Assembly: GCA_944384905.1 (NCBI GenBank)
Contig: CALWVE010000024.1
Span: 11,415 to 75,414, forward strand
DNA from: an uncultured Clostridia bacterium
Lineage (GTDB): Bacteria; Bacillota; Clostridia; Oscillospirales; Acutalibacteraceae
Direction: 5' to 3'
Length of the DNA stretch: 64,000 bases
In this document: piece by piece, positions 49,275 to 57,415 of the stretch
How positions within the stretch are numbered: position 1 is the stretch's first letter
How the letters are laid out: every line of letters begins with the position of its first letter
Notes under the pieces: generated by a model
The model's database searches: none
The model's input: the letters and a program-made list of their open reading frames with translations, nothing else
Told to the model about the DNA's origin: nothing
Position numbers and translations under genes: made by a program

Positions 49275-50876
49275 TTAAAAACCCGCATAGATGGGATCGA
49301 CCGGGATATAGCCTTTCCCATAGGCGCCGAACACCACGATTAACAGGATCAGCGCATAGTATGCGGCAAAGCGGACGACCATATTTTGTTTGGAAATCTG
49401 TTTGCGGACCTGAATATGATGTTCCTGTAAAACGCTGATGATAAACACGATACTCAGGGCAACCAAAACGATCAAACAATCGTAGCGATCGATTCCAAAC
49501 GTAAAAATGGAGCGGTCGTAAACGGTTTGAAGCGAAAAATCAGTGAAGATTTTTTGGAACATGGTAAGCCCGGCACGCAGCCCGTTCGCGCGGAAGAAAA
49601 GTTCGCCGATACATACAAGTATGCTGGTGCGGATCATCTGCATGCAGCGGTAGAAAAAGTTATTGCGGTTGATATGCAGCTTTTTGGTGATCCAGATAAA
49701 CAGCGGGTCGGCAATGTTTCCGAGCAGAATCCATGTGAAGTGATACAGACCGAAAAAGATGTAGTTCCAGCCTGCGCCATGCCACAGGCCGTTGCAGATC
49801 CATACGCAAAACAGCGCGATTGCGCCGGAAATCAGCGGTCCAAAGTGATTCCCCAGGCGTTTGCGGGCGTGGGAAGTCAGCTTTTTAAGTGGCTTCGACA
49901 TGGAGAGCGGATAGAAAATGTAATCTTTAAACCACGTTCCCAGGGTAATGTGCCAGCGTTTCCAGAATTCCGAGATGCTTTTGGAAAAGAACGGACGTTC
50001 AAAATTTTCGGGCATCTTGATTCCGAAAATCTGTCCGGTGCCGATCACGATATCCATCGTTCCCGAAAAATCCATATAGAGCTGAATGGTGTAGCAGACG
50101 GCCGATACGGCGATTACGAAACCGTCGTAGTTTGGATAATCGGAAAAAACTGTTTTAATCAGCAGATTCAGCCGGTCGGCGACGACCATTTTTTTCATCA
50201 TGCCGAAAAGGATACGCTGAGAGCCAAACATGAAGTTTTCGTAGCGGATCCGAGGCGCTTCCCAAAGCTGCTCGGCCGTATCGGAATAGCGGCAGATCGG
50301 GCCTTCCATGATCTGCGGGAAAAAGCTCATGTAAAGCGCCAGGCGTATCAAATTGCGGTCAGCCTGAATTTTACGGCGGTACACATCGAAAATATACGAG
50401 ACAGCCTGTAAGGTATAGAAAGAAATGCCGATCGGCAGAACAAAAGAGGGAATCTCAAACGTAACCGGAATATGAAGCGCGCCGAAGAGCGTGTTGATGT
50501 TTTCCGCAAAAAACGGCGTGTACTTCAAAACCAGCAAAATTCCGATATGTATTATCACCCCAAAGGCGACGACACCGCGCTGCTGCTTGAGGTATTGGGC
50601 TTTGATGGCTTTGCGTTCTTCTTTGGGTGCGGTTTCCAACAGGCGGTCACAGCCCTGCTGGATGCTCGACAGCCACACGCCGATGTGGTGAATCGAAAAA
50701 ACGGAAAACACCAAATAGGCGATCAGCTTTCCGCTGATCGCCCAGAAGAACAGGCAGCTTGAGGACAAGAGTACCCATCTGCGGAGTTTTTGCGGCAATA
50801 TGGCATACAGTCCCACGGATACCGGCAAAAAAAGCAGCAGGTATCCGAGAGAAAAGTAGGAATTGATCGCGAACAT
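49275..50876 (-). CDS. MBOAT family membrane O-acyl/aminoacyl-transferase (DltB/AlgI-like)
   Basis: Hallmark motifs FWKRWHITLGTWFKDYIFYPL and NGLWHGAGWNYIFFGLYH, with multi-pass TM topology. Confidence 0.9.
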   Translation of the reverse strand: MFAINSYFSLGYLLLFLPVSVGLYAILPQKLRRWVLLSSSCLFFWAISGKLIAYLVFSVFSIHHIGVWLSSIQQGCDRLLETAPKEERKAIKAQYLKQQRGVVAFGVIIHIGILLVLKYTPFFAENINTLFGALHIPVTFEIPSFVLPIGISFYTLQAVSYIFDVYRRKIQADRNLIRLALYMSFFPQIMEGPICRYSDTAEQLWEAPRIRYENFMFGSQRILFGMMKKMVVADRLNLLIKTVFSDYPNYDGFVIAVSAVCYTIQLYMDFSGTMDIVIGTGQIFGIKMPENFERPFFSKSISEFWKRWHITLGTWFKDYIFYPLSMSKPLKKLTSHARKRLGNHFGPLISGAIALFCVWICNGLWHGAGWNYIFFGLYHFTWILLGNIADPLFIWITKKLHINRNNFFYRCMQMIRTSILVCIGELFFRANGLRAGLTMFQKIFTDFSLQTVYDRSIFTFGIDRYDCLIVLVALSIVFIISVLQEHHIQVRKQISKQNMVVRFAAYYALILLIVVFGAYGKGYIPVDPIYAGF

Positions 50877-50877
50877 A

Positions 50878-51108
50878 TCAGGATTCCTCCTGCAGGCGGG
50901 TGATCAGTGTCCAGAGGTTTTCCGCGGAATTGAAATTATCCGGAACGATATCGACGGTGGGAATGGTGATGTCGAATTCTTCTTCGAGTTCGGCAACCAG
51001 AGAAATAATCGAGAGGGAATCAAGATAGTGCCCGTCGATCAGATCGGTGCAGGTGGTGTAATCGATTTCCGGCTGGATTTCTTCCAAAATTTCAATCAGT
51101 CTTTCCAT
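50878..51108 (-). CDS. Carrier protein (DltC/ACP-like, phosphopantetheine attachment LDSLS)
   Basis: 76 aa, acidic, with the serine attachment motif GHYLDSLSIISLV. Its stop is 1 nt from the MBOAT start. Confidence 0.85.
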   Translation of the reverse strand: MERLIEILEEIQPEIDYTTCTDLIDGHYLDSLSIISLVAELEEEFDITIPTVDIVPDNFNSAENLWTLITRLQEES

Positions 51109-51132
51109 GGTGTTTCTCCTTTTTGTTTTGTT

Positions 51133-52326
51133 TTATTTTTGGGGACAATTGAAAGGGTTTGTTTGTGTATGCGGCCGAACCGTAACGATTTGCCCGTCAT
51201 CCTGCAAGAGGACGACTTCCGGCAGATCGCGGCTCAGAAAGAGCGAAATGCCTTCCGTTGCGCAGTAAGCGCCTGTGTTTTGAAAAAGCAAAACATCTCC
51301 GATCTGTAAATTGCGCAGCGGCAGTTTTTTGACCAGAATATCGTTGACCGTACACAACGAGCCGCAGATATTCCATTCTTCTTCGGAAGCCTGCACATCG
51401 GAATCCCGATTTTGATCGCTTAATACTTGGATATAAGGGTGTTTCATCGCCATAAACTGGCCGTAATAAGCCAGCTGATGAATGCCGCCGTCGACAATCG
51501 CGTAGTTTTCCGCGTGGTTGTGTTTGGCGTCGACAACCTGGGTAAGGTAGCTGCCGCAGCTGGCAGCAATGCTGCGTCCAAGCTCAAGCGCGATGGTTCC
51601 TTTAAATTTCAGCTCATGAAGCAGGCCGGAAAATTCCCGCAGAAAAACGGCTTCGTCAAAAGAATCTCCCTGAAAATACGAAACAGGGAAGCCCGGGCCG
51701 AATTCAAGTTCTTTGGCTTGATAGCCGAAGCGTTCTTCCAGCGACTCGATAAACTGTTCCAACGTTTCGAGTTCCCGTTTGAGCCGTTTGACCGAGGTTT
51801 TCTGCGTACCGGAAAAATACTGGATGCCGCGGATATCGAGAAAAGACGAGCCGGCATAATCCCGGATGATGCGTTCAATCTCGCTTTCGTCAAAACCGAA
51901 CTGGTTGCCGCTGGTGAGGCGCAACAAAACGGAGATTTGTTTTTGATTTTCCGCCGCGGCGCGATAGAGTGTGTCAAACTGCGATACGGATTCTACCGTA
52001 TAAATGCCGATCGGCGTTTCTTCGGCGATCAGCTGCCGTATCTGTCCGGGCTCTTTGTAAACGCCCGAAAGCACGAATTTTTCGTAAGGTAGCTGTAATC
52101 TTTGGCAGATGGCGAGTTCTCCCGGGGAACAGATTTCCAATCGATCTACCAGTCGGACAACCTCTTCCAGAATAAACGTGTTGGCTTTTACGGCATAGCA
52201 GAGCTTGACATGAGCCGGCAGCGATTCGCGCAGATATTGAATGCGGCGCCGCAGTTCGGGCAGATCATACACGTACAGCGGCGTGCTTTTTTGCTGTAAA
52301 AGCATTTGAGCGGCCATGACGTTCAT
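51133..52326 (-). CDS. Fold-type III PLP-dependent decarboxylase-like enzyme (Orn/DAP/Arg decarboxylase family 2)
   Basis: PLP-lysine motif KLCYAVKANTF, C-terminal beta-barrel motifs WNICGSLCTVNDIL and NTGAY, and size 397 aa. The start overlaps the ligase stop (ATGA). Confidence 0.8.
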   Translation of the reverse strand: MNVMAAQMLLQQKSTPLYVYDLPELRRRIQYLRESLPAHVKLCYAVKANTFILEEVVRLVDRLEICSPGELAICQRLQLPYEKFVLSGVYKEPGQIRQLIAEETPIGIYTVESVSQFDTLYRAAAENQKQISVLLRLTSGNQFGFDESEIERIIRDYAGSSFLDIRGIQYFSGTQKTSVKRLKRELETLEQFIESLEERFGYQAKELEFGPGFPVSYFQGDSFDEAVFLREFSGLLHELKFKGTIALELGRSIAASCGSYLTQVVDAKHNHAENYAIVDGGIHQLAYYGQFMAMKHPYIQVLSDQNRDSDVQASEEEWNICGSLCTVNDILVKKLPLRNLQIGDVLLFQNTGAYCATEGISLFLSRDLPEVVLLQDDGQIVTVRPHTQTNPFNCPQK

Positions 52327-53834
52327 TTTTGCATCCTCCTTTCCAGCAGGACTTTTCGGTCTATTTTGCCGTTTTTGGTCAGCGGAAACGCCGGTATATT
52401 ATAGAGCGCTCCCGGCACCATATAAACGGGCAGCAGATTTCTCAGCCGGCTGTGCAGATCTTTTCGATCTGTTTCGCCGATATAAAAGCCGTAAAGCTTC
52501 GATTTTTGTTCGTCGAATACGCAGCAGCAGCGTTCAACGCCCGGCAGGCCGGAAATGGCCCGTTCAATTTCTTCCAGCTCAATGCGATGCCCCATGTGTT
52601 TGATCTGAAAATCTTTCCGGCCGCAGAAAAGCAGCTCGCCGGTTTCGGTGTATTTCCCAAGATCGCCGGTTCGGTAAATCGTTTCCGGATAGGCTGTGTT
52701 GAGCGGATTTTGCACAAAAGCCTTGGCTGTTTGTTCGGGGGCGCGATAATATCCGAGCGCGAGAGCTACTCCGCGTACGCAGATTTCGCCCACCGAACCC
52801 GGAACGCGGATGCGCCGGTTGTCGGAGTCCAGCAGAAAAACATCTTTGTTTGGGAAGGGGCATCCGATGGGAATCCCCTGGCTGTAATCACGTCTGTTTT
52901 CCAGAATGTGATAGGTACAGTTGCAGGTGATTTCGGTCGGGCCGTAAAGATTGACAAACTGTGCGTTCGGCAGATGCTCCATCCAGGTGCGCAGATGTTT
53001 GAGCGGCATCACTTCGCCGCTGAAAAGAATTTTGCACACGCTTTCGGGGCAGCGATAGTCAAGTCCGTGGAATGTGCTGATTAAGCAGAGCGCAGAAACG
53101 GCCCAGATCATCGTGGTGATTTTGTGATCGCATAACCAATCGAGCAGTTCTTTGGGGCGGGAGAAAAGCGCCTTGGGAATCACAGAAAGCGTGGCGCCTG
53201 TTTTGAGTGCGGAATAAATATCTTTTACGGAAACATCGAAATCGAATGGTGCCTGGTTGCCGATGATGTCGTTTTCCTGAATCTCGAAAAGCTCGGTGAA
53301 CGGATCGATAAACGCCAGAACCGATCGGTGGCTGACCAAAACGCCTTTGGGCACGCCGGTTGAACCGGATGTAAAGATGGCGTACAATGGGTCTGTATCG
53401 ATCATGCGCGAGCGGATGGCTGCGAGCTTTTCCGGTTTAAGCGGAGCTGTTTGAAGCTCTTCCACAAGCAGAACCGAAGCGGAAGGAAACAGCTCACGCG
53501 CGGTATTTTCATGTTCCCGGTCGGTGAGAATAAACCGGGAATTTAAAACCCCGTGCATCTGCCTGAGTCTTGCGGCGGGCAGATCGGGATTGAACATCGT
53601 ATAAAAGCCGCCGGCGTAGACAATCCCTAAAAAAGCGGTGAGTGAAGGAATCCCCTTTTCCATATACACAGCGACGGGATCGCCGATTTCTATTTCATCG
53701 GCGAGTGAAGACCCGACGCGCATACAGAATTCTTGCAAGTGGAGGAAACTGCAAGTCCCGTATTGATCTTCCACAGCTGCTTTTTGCGGAAAAGCAGCCG
53801 CGCTTTTTTCGAGATATTCCAATACATTCTTCAT
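52323..53834 (-). CDS. Amino-acid adenylating enzyme / carrier-protein ligase (DltA-like, ANL superfamily)
   Basis: A-domain core motifs FTSGSTGVPKG, NQAPFDFDVSVKDIY, FSGEVMP, NLYGPTEIT, YRTGDLG, DFQIKHMGHRIELEEIE and NGKIDRK. RBS aaaaaggag. Confidence 0.9.
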   Translation of the reverse strand: MKNVLEYLEKSAAAFPQKAAVEDQYGTCSFLHLQEFCMRVGSSLADEIEIGDPVAVYMEKGIPSLTAFLGIVYAGGFYTMFNPDLPAARLRQMHGVLNSRFILTDREHENTARELFPSASVLLVEELQTAPLKPEKLAAIRSRMIDTDPLYAIFTSGSTGVPKGVLVSHRSVLAFIDPFTELFEIQENDIIGNQAPFDFDVSVKDIYSALKTGATLSVIPKALFSRPKELLDWLCDHKITTMIWAVSALCLISTFHGLDYRCPESVCKILFSGEVMPLKHLRTWMEHLPNAQFVNLYGPTEITCNCTYHILENRRDYSQGIPIGCPFPNKDVFLLDSDNRRIRVPGSVGEICVRGVALALGYYRAPEQTAKAFVQNPLNTAYPETIYRTGDLGKYTETGELLFCGRKDFQIKHMGHRIELEEIERAISGLPGVERCCCVFDEQKSKLYGFYIGETDRKDLHSRLRNLLPVYMVPGALYNIPAFPLTKNGKIDRKVLLERRMQK

Positions 53835-54002
53835 AAAAATCTCCTTTTTCCGGAAGCCCGATGACCTCCTGCCGCGCCGACGGCTTTTGTTACGATAATT
53901 GAATTATAAAACGCCAAGCTTTATACAAGCTTCACCTAACCTTAATGTTTCTAAAGGAAAATCCGGAATGCAGAAAAACGACATAAACGTAAAAGTTTCG
54001 AT

Positions 54003-54154
54003 CAAACCTTTTCAAAGGTTTGCGGTTTCCAAAGGCAGCGTCTTTGGCCGCTCTCCGCAGAGAGCGGAACTCCTTTGCCTTAATAAGCGCAGGAGGGTAG
54101 CCGAAAGCGTCCGGGGGACGGTTTCGGCGTAGGGAACCCTCGCCGGGGGTTCCC
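54003..54154. other. Array of five closely packed GC-rich stem-loops in the 400-nt spacer upstream of the Dlt-like operon
   Basis: H1 54003-54022 (caaacctt/aaggtttg). H2 54029-54047 (ccaaag/ctttgg). H3 54048-54067 (ccgctctc/gagagcgg). H4 54100-54128 (gccgaaa.cgtcc/ggacg.tttcggc). H5 54132-54154 (gggaaccc/gggttccc). None has a T-run. The strand of any RNA is undetermined. Confidence 0.6.
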
Positions 54155-54158
54155 TTTA
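54137..54158 (+). repeat. 22-nt exact repeat, copy 2 (ccctcgccgggggttcccttta)
   Basis: Identical to 38860-38881 and in the same orientation. Here it forms the loop and 3' arm of hairpin H5. Confidence 0.85.
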
Positions 54159-54192
54159 GCAATCTCTTCTGTTGCCTACTACTTATATTTCT

Positions 54193-54232
54193 AAAAATTA
54201 AATCCGGAGCCCAAAACGAGCCCCGGATTTTT
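54193..54232 (-). terminator. Rho-independent terminator after the histidine kinase gene
   Basis: Minus-strand stem aaatccgg.gc / gc.ccggattt followed by aattttt. Confidence 0.65.
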
Positions 54233-54238
54233 GTATGC

Positions 54239-55852
54239 TTATAAATTGTTTTCGATCGGAATCGATAGGCAAAATTCTGTGTGGTAAGGCGCATGGGGAG
54301 GAAGAATCAGCGAGAGTTTCCCGTGATGCATTTCAACAATTCTTTGCGCAATGGAAAGCCCCAGCCCGGTTCCTTTTCCCGTTGTGCGCGCAATATTGCC
54401 CGTAACAAACGGCTGGAACAATGTATGGGCAATCTCTTCCGGAATACCGACGCCGTCATCCGCGAATGTCATGGACACATGATTTTCACGTTCCCGGATG
54501 GAGACAAAAATGGTTGTGCCCTGTGCGTTGTATTTCATGGCGTTGTTCAACAAATTTTCAAGCAAACGGCGCATGAGTTTCCTGTCCAGCGGGAGCAGAA
54601 CGGGCTTGTCATCGATATCGACATGAAGCTCAAATCCGCCGTCGGTGAGTTCCGTATATTTTTCGGCGAAGAAGCTTTTCACAAATTCACTGAAATTCGT
54701 CGTTTCCAAACGAAGCGGATAATCGGGATGTTCGATTTGCGTGAACATAAACAGGTCGTTCACCATATCGGTGGCTTGTCTTGATTTATTGAAGATAGCG
54801 TCCATGTAAGCGCTCTGCTTTTCGGGCGGAACCCGATTTTCCGAAAGCGCTTTTGCGTACCCCTGAATGACGGTAAGCGGCGTTTTCAGATCATGAGAGA
54901 CGTCGGCAATCAGTTTCTGCCTTTCCTGATACAGGTTTTCTTTTTCTTCGCGGGTTTGTTCCAGTTTGCTCAGCAGATTTTTGAAATTCCGCACAACCTC
55001 ATGAAATTCGGAAGGCACATCGTCAGGGGAAATTTCTGCGGTTTTTCCTTTTTCATACGAGACGATGGTTCGGTTGAGCGGGCTGATGCGATGCTTTATT
55101 TTGTAAAAGAATAAGACGGTAAACAAAATAATTGCGAGGAAAACACAAAAAATGCCAATAAACCAGATTCTTCTTACCGATTGGAGAATGGCGTTATATT
55201 GTTCCTGCGTCATGCTGGACGACAAAAAAGCAAGAATTCGCTTTTCGCCATATTCGTTGTAGTAAACGTACTTTTCCAACATGCTGTTGGTGCTGGAAAT
55301 GCCGCTGAGCAGTTCAAACTCCCGCTGGGTAAGAGAAGTACGTTCGGGAAACAATCCGCCTTCCAGAATTCTGTAGTTTTCATCCAAAACACAGTAATCC
55401 ACGGTTTGTGGAACCATTGTTTTGCCGTCCATATCCAAATCTAAATCGTAAACGTTTAAGTAGACATAATATTGGACAAGCCCATCCGGCGTATCGTTTT
55501 GAAATACTTCGAAAAACTGGTCTGAGCCGTAGTCGTTGATCATGTCGAGATCCTGAAAGAATACTTTTTCTCCAATCGTCCGGTTGCTGGCATATTGAAT
55601 TTTACCTTTTTCATCAAAGATAATCATAGCGGAATTCTTGGAATTATTTGCGGGAATTCGCGCGTAATCCTCTTCCACCAGCTCGTCTTCATAGGCCAGT
55701 AAATCATCCATGGTAAACACGGATTCATTCATTTTCTGTCCGGCTAAGCGATTGAAAATCGAATAGATCAATACGATCATCAGGGTAAAACACAAGAAAT
55801 ATACGGCACAGGAGACAATCAGACTTTGTTTGGCTCGTTTAATTTGCTTCAA
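54239..55852 (-). CDS. Sensor histidine kinase with ~200-aa extracytoplasmic domain
   Basis: TM1 (SLIVSCAVYFLCFTLMIVLIY), a periplasm-like domain, TM2 (IWFIGIFCVFLAIILFTVLFFY), H-box ADVSHDLKTPLTVIQGY, N-box LLNNAMKYN, and G-boxes DDGVGIP and GTGLGLSIAQ. Confidence 0.9.
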   Translation of the reverse strand: MKQIKRAKQSLIVSCAVYFLCFTLMIVLIYSIFNRLAGQKMNESVFTMDDLLAYEDELVEEDYARIPANNSKNSAMIIFDEKGKIQYASNRTIGEKVFFQDLDMINDYGSDQFFEVFQNDTPDGLVQYYVYLNVYDLDLDMDGKTMVPQTVDYCVLDENYRILEGGLFPERTSLTQREFELLSGISSTNSMLEKYVYYNEYGEKRILAFLSSSMTQEQYNAILQSVRRIWFIGIFCVFLAIILFTVLFFYKIKHRISPLNRTIVSYEKGKTAEISPDDVPSEFHEVVRNFKNLLSKLEQTREEKENLYQERQKLIADVSHDLKTPLTVIQGYAKALSENRVPPEKQSAYMDAIFNKSRQATDMVNDLFMFTQIEHPDYPLRLETTNFSEFVKSFFAEKYTELTDGGFELHVDIDDKPVLLPLDRKLMRRLLENLLNNAMKYNAQGTTIFVSIRERENHVSMTFADDGVGIPEEIAHTLFQPFVTGNIARTTGKGTGLGLSIAQRIVEMHHGKLSLILPPHAPYHTEFCLSIPIENNL

Positions 55853-56552
55853 TTTTATACCCCAATCCTCTTATAGTTTTGATGTATCGCGGATTCGAAG
55901 GATCGTCCTCTATTTTGGAACGGATATTTGAAATGTGAACCATCATGGTGTTGTCGTCGCTCTCATAAAGCTCTCCGCCGATGCAGGCATACAGCTGCGC
56001 TTTTGTGTAAACGCGGCCTGGGGATTGCATCAGCTTGACGACAATCTTCAGCTCGGTAGGGGTCAGCGGAATCACACGTCCTCTTTTGCGCAAAACAAAT
56101 TTGGGCAGATCCATCTGCAACTCGCCCACCGTAAGGGAAGTTTCGGCAGCCGCAGCTTTATGAGCGGAATCGTTGCCGCCCAATTCATAATAACGCCGCA
56201 GCGCTGATTTGACATAGGCCACGACTTCCAACGGATTAAACGGCTTTGTGAGATAGGCATCCGCGCCCAGATTCAGCCCCAATATTTTGTCGGTATCCAT
56301 TTCCTTGGCAGATAAAATGATAACCGGGAAATTATATTTCTCGCGAATACGCTTTAACACATCATACCCGTTCATTTCCGGCATCATAATATCCAGAATG
56401 GCCATATCTACTTTGGAGGATTCAATTTTTTCAAGCGCTTGAAGGCCATTTTCCGCCGTCAAAACGCTGTATCCTTCTCCGGTTAAATAAAGTGAAAGCA
56501 GTTCTACGATATCCGCGTCGTCCTCTGCGATCAGAATATGCTGATTCGGCAT
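55839..56552 (-). CDS. OmpR-family response regulator
   Basis: Start at MPNQHILIAEDD (ATG 56552-56550), behind agaggtgaggg. It has a receiver domain (DMAILDIMMP) and a winged helix (LTPTELKIVVKLM...VHISNIRSKIE...IKTIRGLGY). It overlaps the kinase start by 14 nt. Confidence 0.9.
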   Translation of the reverse strand: MPNQHILIAEDDADIVELLSLYLTGEGYSVLTAENGLQALEKIESSKVDMAILDIMMPEMNGYDVLKRIREKYNFPVIILSAKEMDTDKILGLNLGADAYLTKPFNPLEVVAYVKSALRRYYELGGNDSAHKAAAAETSLTVGELQMDLPKFVLRKRGRVIPLTPTELKIVVKLMQSPGRVYTKAQLYACIGGELYESDDNTMMVHISNIRSKIEDDPSNPRYIKTIRGLGYKIEAN

Positions 56553-56683
56553 TTCCCTCACCTCTTTCAGTTATACGCATTGTATAAGCCGCTTTTTCGG
56601 CTTATTTCACCCTTATTGTATCCGGAAGACGAATGACCGTCAAGGGAAAATCACCCTCTTGAACAGCACACTGGTAATTGATG

Positions 56684-56722
56684 AAAAAACAACAGACAAA
56701 GCATGATGCTTTGCCTGTGTTG
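56684..56722 (-). terminator. Rho-independent terminator after the DUF6886-like gene
   Basis: Minus-strand stem acaggcaaagcat / atgctttgtctgt followed by tgttttttcat. Confidence 0.65.
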
Positions 56723-56743
56723 GATTAAAATTATGAAGAAGAA

Positions 56744-57292
56744 TTAAAACGAAAACGGGCTTGCTGCCGGGATTATACGGCTTTGGGCATTTTTCATGCG
56801 GCAGAAAGACCAGTTGAGTGTAGAAGCCTGCACGGCATCGGCCAAAGGCCATAAATTTTTCAGCAGGCGAACTTCTACATTCCGGCGAAACAGTTCTTCA
56901 AATAGATCGCGGCAAGGCGTGACGGAAAGCGGAACCTGCGTCTTTTCCGAAACATAATAGCCAGCGATGGGATCTTGAAGTACAAAATCTGCCGAATCAA
57001 AGGCATACAGATAGAGCGTTGTATGTTTCATGGTTTCAAACCAGGCGTTTTCGATGGCGACAACATGAGGAACATCGGGGTTTGAAAAGAAGCGTATGCG
57101 GTCAGCTTCGGTTGTTTGTTCGCCCGCATGATAGGTGACCCGCGGACAATTCCGAGGTGTGAGAAAATTGGGGAGTCGCTTTTCATCCAGCGCCCAGACC
57201 AGCGGGATTTCCGGGTTTAAGTCCGTGCGTGTAGGTGTGCGCGGATGGAAGACCTGGATATTGGCTTCTTCGCTTACATGAAAAAGAATCAT
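56744..57292 (-). CDS. Conserved hypothetical protein (DUF6886-like)
   Basis: Start at MILFHVSEE. This N-terminal pattern matches my recollection of that uncharacterised family. No TM segments and no catalytic motif recognised. Confidence 0.55.
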   Translation of the reverse strand: MILFHVSEEANIQVFHPRTPTRTDLNPEIPLVWALDEKRLPNFLTPRNCPRVTYHAGEQTTEADRIRFFSNPDVPHVVAIENAWFETMKHTTLYLYAFDSADFVLQDPIAGYYVSEKTQVPLSVTPCRDLFEELFRRNVEVRLLKNLWPLADAVQASTLNWSFCRMKNAQSRIIPAASPFSF

Positions 57293-57415
57293 ATCTATCA
57301 CCCCGTTAGCCGTTTGATCACATCTTATTCTAAACATAGGGGATTGTCAAGATACAGAAATATGCCCTCAAAAAGGAAAAAGCCCCGGAAAGAATCCGGG
57401 GCTTTCGTAAATGGC

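Noticed and set aside
53932-54294. 120-aa ORFs at 53932-54294 (-) and 38817-39179 (-), sharing the peptide GTPGEG.
   Set aside because: The shared peptide is simply the translation of the 22-nt DNA repeat. The ORFs run through hairpin arrays and terminators and overlap the ends of real genes, so they are not credible coding sequences.
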